Source: Anaerolineae bacterium (GTDB lineage Bacteria > Chloroflexota > Anaerolineae > UBA1429). Taken from it: DNA of 64,000 nucleotides. Below, one piece after another: positions 59,988-64,000 of this stretch. Positions within the stretch are counted from its first letter, which is position 1. Each line of letters opens with the position of its first letter. The translations under genes and the position numbers were made by a program. The DNA lies in assembly GCA_040766725.1 (NCBI GenBank), contig JAXGPZ010000001.1:2947215-3011214 (forward strand). The letters run 5' to 3'. The notes under the pieces are model-generated. The model was not told the DNA's origin, did no database searches, and saw only the letters and a list, made by a program, of their open reading frames with translations.

Positions 59988-60019
59988 GGCCAAGCCATGG
60001 CATGCGCCATGGCCTGGCC
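59988..60019. promoter_or_regulatory. near-perfect 32-bp palindrome between the PA14 gene stop and the MFS gene start
   Basis: GGCCAAGCCATGGCATGCGCCATGGCCTGGCC (14-bp arms, 13/14 complementary, GCATGC core). Confidence 0.4.
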
Positions 60020-60032
60020 TCAACGATCGGGG

Positions 60033-62936
60033 CTAGGACCCCTCAGGCGCCGACCTGAAGGGCCACGTCGGGAGTCTTCTAAAGAGCGGCCCTGAAGCCA
60101 CAGGCGTTGGCGTGGGCGTCAGGGTGAGCCAGGCAGGCCGCGCCCAAACCACCGTGATGGAAGCTGGGCCAGAGACATTCATGTACTCGATCACGATGGG
60201 ATACTGGCCGGCCGGCAAGACGCCGCGCACAAACTCGCGGTGCATGCCATGCGCCCAATCATCCACCACCAGCGTCTCGCCGATATACATGCGCACGCCG
60301 CCCTGAGCCACGATGGAAACAGCGTAGCGCGTAGCGGGCTCGTCCAGATCGAGCAGCAGCGTCCAGCGCGCGCCAAAGCCATCGGTCGGCAGGGCGGGGT
60401 CAGGCGCGCCCGCCTCCCAGTCATAGTCGATGCTCGTGGTGCGATCCACCAGCACCGGTTCGCCCGTCAGTTCGACGTTGTCAAAGTAGGCGACGTCCCA
60501 CCAGAGAGGCTCTGGGGTGGCGGTAGGCGTGGGCGTCGACGTGGGTGTCGACGTCGAGGTCGGCGTCGGTGTATTGGTCGGCGTATCCGTCGGCGTCGGT
60601 GTATCCGTCGGCGTTGGCGTGTCGGTGGGCGTGTTGGTGGCCGTCGGTGTGTTGGTTGGCGTCGGTGTGTTCGTGGGCGTTGCCGTGTTCGTCGACGTTG
60701 GTGTGCTCGTCGGCGTGTGGGTGGCCGTGGGCGTCGACGTCGGCGTCAGCGTGCCGGTGGGGGTGTTGGTCGGCGTGTGGGTCGACGTCGGCGTATGGGT
60801 CGCTGTGGGCGTCGACGTGTGGGTCGCGGTCGGCGTCACCGTCGACGTGCTGGTGGGCGTGGCCTCGGCGCCCGACACTCGAGACCACTCCAGAGCGACC
60901 TCGGCATTGCCTCCCGCGTCAAAGTACTCGACCGTGATGCGGTGGTTGCCCGCGGGCAGCACGATATCGCCACTGTGTTCGCTCGCCGCCGAGACAACCC
61001 AGTGATCGACGACGCGCACGCCATCGACATAGACGCGCACGCCATCGTCGGCCCTGGCCGTGAAGCGGTGCGTGCCCGCCTCGGTGTACACATCCTTGAT
61101 CCAGCGGGCCGACCAGTTGTCGGCCGGCATGTTGGGCGCAAGCTGAGCAGCGCCCCAGTCAAAGTCGATGGCCGCGTCGTCGCGCACCAGGCGCGGGTTG
61201 CCGGTCAGCTCACGGTTCGGATAGTAGGCGCCCTGCCACCCTCGGAAGGTGGGGATGATGCCCCCCTGCAGCGAGACGGTGGCATTCAAGGTGTACTCCA
61301 CGTACTCGAGCACGATGGTGTGCTTGCCGGCCGACAGCCAGGCGTGCCCTGCAAAACTGCGCACGCTCTGAGTGCGCCATTCGTCGAGCACCAGCAGGCC
61401 ATCGACATACAGCCGCACGCCATCATCGGCGCGCACGTCAAAGCGGTAGGGCCCCTCGGGCAGATCATAGGTGCGCGTCCACCGCACCGAGAAGTTGTCG
61501 CTGGGCAAGCTGCTGTGCGGTTTACCGAGCCCCCAGTCAAAGTCGATGCGTTCGTCGTTGCGCACCAGCTTGGGCGTTCCCTTGAGTTCGTTGTTGGCGA
61601 AATACTCGCCGCGCCACTCGGTGATCTGCACAGTGGGCGTGGCGCTGGGCACGGGCGTCTTGGGCGGGTAGAGCTTTTCCCAGGTCATGCGAGCCCGGGC
61701 GATGCCCGCGAGCTCAAAGTACTCGACCACGATCTCGTGCTCGCCGGCGCCGATGTAGCGTTTGACGACGTCCTCGGTATAGCCGCCATACCAGCGATCG
61801 AGGATCAGCACGCCGTCGACATACACCCTCACACCGTCATCGGCGCGCACCTTCCAGTTATAGTCGCCGGCGCTAAAGCTCGCCCGTCGCGACCATCGCA
61901 CTGAAAAGTGGTCGGCAGGCAGGCCAGCGGCCGGGCTGCCATAGCCCCAGTCATAGTCGATCCAATCCTCATTGCGCACCAGCAGCGGGTAGCCCATGAG
62001 CTGGTCGTTGGCATAGTATTCGGCGCGCCAGTAGCCGGTGGGCGCCGGGGCGCGAGTGGGCGCCGGCGTCGATGCGGGCGTCCACGTGGGCGCAGGCTGC
62101 GTCGTGGGCCAGACGTAGGGCGTGGCCGTGGGACCAGCAGTGGGTGAAACGGCAGCCGTGGGCAAGGCCGGCGCGGCCAGCGCCAGCACCAGGCCGTGCT
62201 CATCGGCGCGGTACTCGTAGGTGTCGTCGCCGGCGCCGAGCATGATGCGGTAGCCCGGCGTCTGCGTTGGCGTGCAAGACTGCCCCTGCCCTGCGATGCC
62301 AAGGCACGCATCGGGCCAGGTGGTCTCTTCAACGGCGAGCACCGCGATCGACTCGGCGTCGACCTGGAGCGCATTCGCGAGCTGCGCGCGCGCCGCAGCA
62401 ACCGCGGTCGAGCGTTGCTCCTGGGCCTGCAGCCGTTCGAAAACCGTCTGCGCCCAGAACATGATCGCCTCTTGCTCGATGGAGGTCGGCGCACGGTCGC
62501 CCTCGCCAGACAGGCGCAGGCTCAGCCGCAGGTTGGCGTCGGCGGGGTCGGCAATGTCATAGCTAAAGTCGGCGTGCCGAGCAATGTAGGCCTGATAGCG
62601 CCGCAGTTCGTCCTCGGTTAGCTCGGCCAACTGCATGCCGGCGTCACAGGTGCCAAAGTGCACCTGCCCCTCGGCGTCCACCGCCAGCCGGTCGCAACTC
62701 GCCTGCCGACCGCCGTTGCGCTCCCACTGCAGCGAGGCCGGGCCGGGCGTCGACGTGGCGGGCTGCTCGCCCGGCTGCGCCGCAGGCGTGATGGTGCTGA
62801 CCGCCGTGGGCGTGGTTGCAGGCTCGACGGGGCGCTCGATCAGGCCTCGGGCCGGGCCCATCAGAGCGGCCGCGACCACAATCAAGGCAGCACCGACGCC
62901 GCCCGAAATCCAAACCAGCTTGCGCATGTCCATCAC
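60033..62936 (-). CDS. large secreted protein with four PA14 domains, an N-terminal unknown domain and a Thr-Pro repeat linker
   Basis: N-terminal TM/signal '[19 protein letters not shown]'; four PA14-like repeats ('W.GEYF.N..L.G.P.LVR.D..IDFDWG...P...P.D.FS.RW.R') and a ~115-aa (T-P-x)n linker. Confidence 0.7.
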   Translation of the reverse strand: MMDMRKLVWISGGVGAALIVVAAALMGPARGLIERPVEPATTPTAVSTITPAAQPGEQPATSTPGPASLQWERNGGRQASCDRLAVDAEGQVHFGTCDAGMQLAELTEDELRRYQAYIARHADFSYDIADPADANLRLSLRLSGEGDRAPTSIEQEAIMFWAQTVFERLQAQEQRSTAVAAARAQLANALQVDAESIAVLAVEETTWPDACLGIAGQGQSCTPTQTPGYRIMLGAGDDTYEYRADEHGLVLALAAPALPTAAVSPTAGPTATPYVWPTTQPAPTWTPASTPAPTRAPAPTGYWRAEYYANDQLMGYPLLVRNEDWIDYDWGYGSPAAGLPADHFSVRWSRRASFSAGDYNWKVRADDGVRVYVDGVLILDRWYGGYTEDVVKRYIGAGEHEIVVEYFELAGIARARMTWEKLYPPKTPVPSATPTVQITEWRGEYFANNELKGTPKLVRNDERIDFDWGLGKPHSSLPSDNFSVRWTRTYDLPEGPYRFDVRADDGVRLYVDGLLVLDEWRTQSVRSFAGHAWLSAGKHTIVLEYVEYTLNATVSLQGGIIPTFRGWQGAYYPNRELTGNPRLVRDDAAIDFDWGAAQLAPNMPADNWSARWIKDVYTEAGTHRFTARADDGVRVYVDGVRVVDHWVVSAASEHSGDIVLPAGNHRITVEYFDAGGNAEVALEWSRVSGAEATPTSTSTVTPTATHTSTPTATHTPTSTHTPTNTPTGTLTPTSTPTATHTPTSTPTSTNTATPTNTPTPTNTPTATNTPTDTPTPTDTPTPTDTPTNTPTPTSTSTPTSTPTPTATPEPLWWDVAYFDNVELTGEPVLVDRTTSIDYDWEAGAPDPALPTDGFGARWTLLLDLDEPATRYAVSIVAQGGVRMYIGETLVVDDWAHGMHREFVRGVLPAGQYPIVIEYMNVSGPASITVVWARPAWLTLTPTPTPVASGPLFRRLPTWPFRSAPEGS
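60500..60870 (-). repeat. tandem degenerate 6-9 nt DNA repeats encoding the (Thr-Pro-X)n linker
   Basis: Runs of ggcgtcggtgt / gtcggcgtc units on + strand. Confidence 0.6.
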
Positions 62937-63060
62937 TAACCTCTACTCACACTCGCCGTTATGCCAAGATACGCTATCAACATGACGATCTGGGTCGGCG
63001 ATAGGTTCCCGGGCCCAACGCGGCCAGAGAACGCGCTACAGGCTGCAGAGTGTCGAAGGA

Positions 63061-63567
63061 TCAGAGGGCCTGGCCGTAGGTGTCGCGCGAAAAGACCTGT
63101 CCCCAGTCTTTGCGCGCGCGCGCGGGCGGGTTGCTGTCGGGCACGCCCAGCGGCGCGCAGACGACCACCTGCGCATCGTCGGGGATGCCACAGACCTGGC
63201 GCACGGCAGCGGCATCAAAGGCGCCGATCCAGCAGGTGCCATAGCCCAGGGCATGGGCAGCCAGCACCATGTTCTGCATGGCAATGGCCACATCCACCTG
63301 GAACCACTTGGCGCTGACCTGTGGCAGGCCGCACGCGACCAGGATGTAGGCCGCATCACTCAACCACATCTGCCCATTGCAGGCCTGAGCGAGGCGCTGC
63401 TTGGCTTCGGCCTCGCCCACCACCACAAAGTGCCATGGCTGCCGATTGGCCGCCGACGGCGCCTGGCGCACGGCTTCGAGGATGGTGCGCAGATCTGCCT
63501 CGGAGATCGGCTCGGGCCGAAAGCGACGGATACTGCGTCGTGACATGATCGTCTGTATCGTGTCCAT
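63061..63567 (-). CDS. nitroreductase-family (FMN-dependent) protein
   Basis: 'IMSRRSIRRFRPEPISEADLRTILEAVRQAPSAANRQPWHFVVV' canonical nitroreductase N-terminus; start at MDTIQ (63567). Confidence 0.75.
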   Translation of the reverse strand: MDTIQTIMSRRSIRRFRPEPISEADLRTILEAVRQAPSAANRQPWHFVVVGEAEAKQRLAQACNGQMWLSDAAYILVACGLPQVSAKWFQVDVAIAMQNMVLAAHALGYGTCWIGAFDAAAVRQVCGIPDDAQVVVCAPLGVPDSNPPARARKDWGQVFSRDTYGQAL

Positions 63568-63627
63568 CAAACCTCCCCCAAAAGATCTGGTGGTCGCCGA
63601 GAGCATACCTCAGAGTGGCTGTGGCGT

Positions 63628-64000
63628 CTATCCGCCGGCGGCTGCCCTGCCGGCGAGCACACCTGAGGTCCAGGCCCACTGTAGATTGTAGCCGCCGCAG
63701 GGGCCCACCACATCGAGCACCTCGCCGCAGGCGTACAGACCGGGCGCTCGTAGTGAGGCCATCGTCAACGGCTCGATCTCGGTAAGCGGCACACCGCCGC
63801 TCGACAGTTGCGCCTCTTTGAGGTCGCGCGTGCCCTTGGCCTGCAACCGCAACAGGCCGATGTCGGCGAGCAGGTCGCCATCGAGCAGCACGCTGGCGCG
63901 TGCCTCACCTGACAGCCCATGCAGCCCGGGCAGCGCCTGTGCGAGCTTGAGCGGCAGCAACCCTGCCAGGGCCAACGAAAGCGGCGCCGCGGGCCGCGCC
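63628..64000 (-). CDS. C-terminal part of HI0933/BaiN-like NAD(P)/FAD flavoprotein (gene continues beyond window)
   Basis: 'GLYACGEVLDVVGPCGGYNLQWAWTSG' conserved C-terminal motif of aminoacetone-oxidase/HI0933 family. Confidence 0.55.
   Translation of the reverse strand, partial: ARPAAPLSLALAGLLPLKLAQALPGLHGLSGEARASVLLDGDLLADIGLLRLQAKGTRDLKEAQLSSGGVPLTEIEPLTMASLRAPGLYACGEVLDVVGPCGGYNLQWAWTSGVLAGRAAAGG

Noticed and set aside
60500-60870. Short tandem repeats that could be mistaken for a CRISPR-like or VNTR array
   Set aside because: Units are 6-9 nt and degenerate, lie inside a long ORF, and encode a Thr-Pro linker. There is no repeat-spacer architecture.

Overview
The window is a high-GC (roughly two-thirds or more G+C by eye), very gene-dense stretch of bacterial chromosome. 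I count about 54 protein-coding genes and found no rRNA, tRNA, CRISPR array, transposase or integrase. Many neighbouring genes overlap by 1-4 nt (ATGA/GTGA, or CTAG between convergent genes). Lipobox signals, a TM-anchored solute-binding protein, Thr/Pro linkers and the codon bias suggest a Chloroflexota-like or other high-GC monoderm lineage, with low confidence.

Gene content is mostly housekeeping and accessory metabolism:
- class V aminotransferase, MurJ, a LOG protein and pyruvate kinase
- an oligopeptide-type ABC importer with two solute-binding proteins
- an ECF sigma / anti-sigma pair
- a NarL-type two-component system
- an ABC-2 exporter followed by a cluster of SAM-methyltransferases, a GNAT-methyltransferase fusion and an MFS transporter
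- a sulfatase / GH95 fucosidase / ThuA locus
- a CYTH-CHAD protein, a CapA-family lipoprotein and a roughly 970-aa secreted protein with four PA14 domains

The observation I rate highest is something the supplied ORF track misses. The selD gene (5796..6881) has an in-frame UGA at 5871-5873, at the catalytic Cys/Sec position, and a SECIS-like hairpin follows immediately downstream. It is therefore a selenocysteine-containing selenophosphate synthetase. That makes the organism a Sec decoder, so selA/selB/selC should exist elsewhere in the genome.

All homology statements below come from motif and family recognition by eye. No database search was run.
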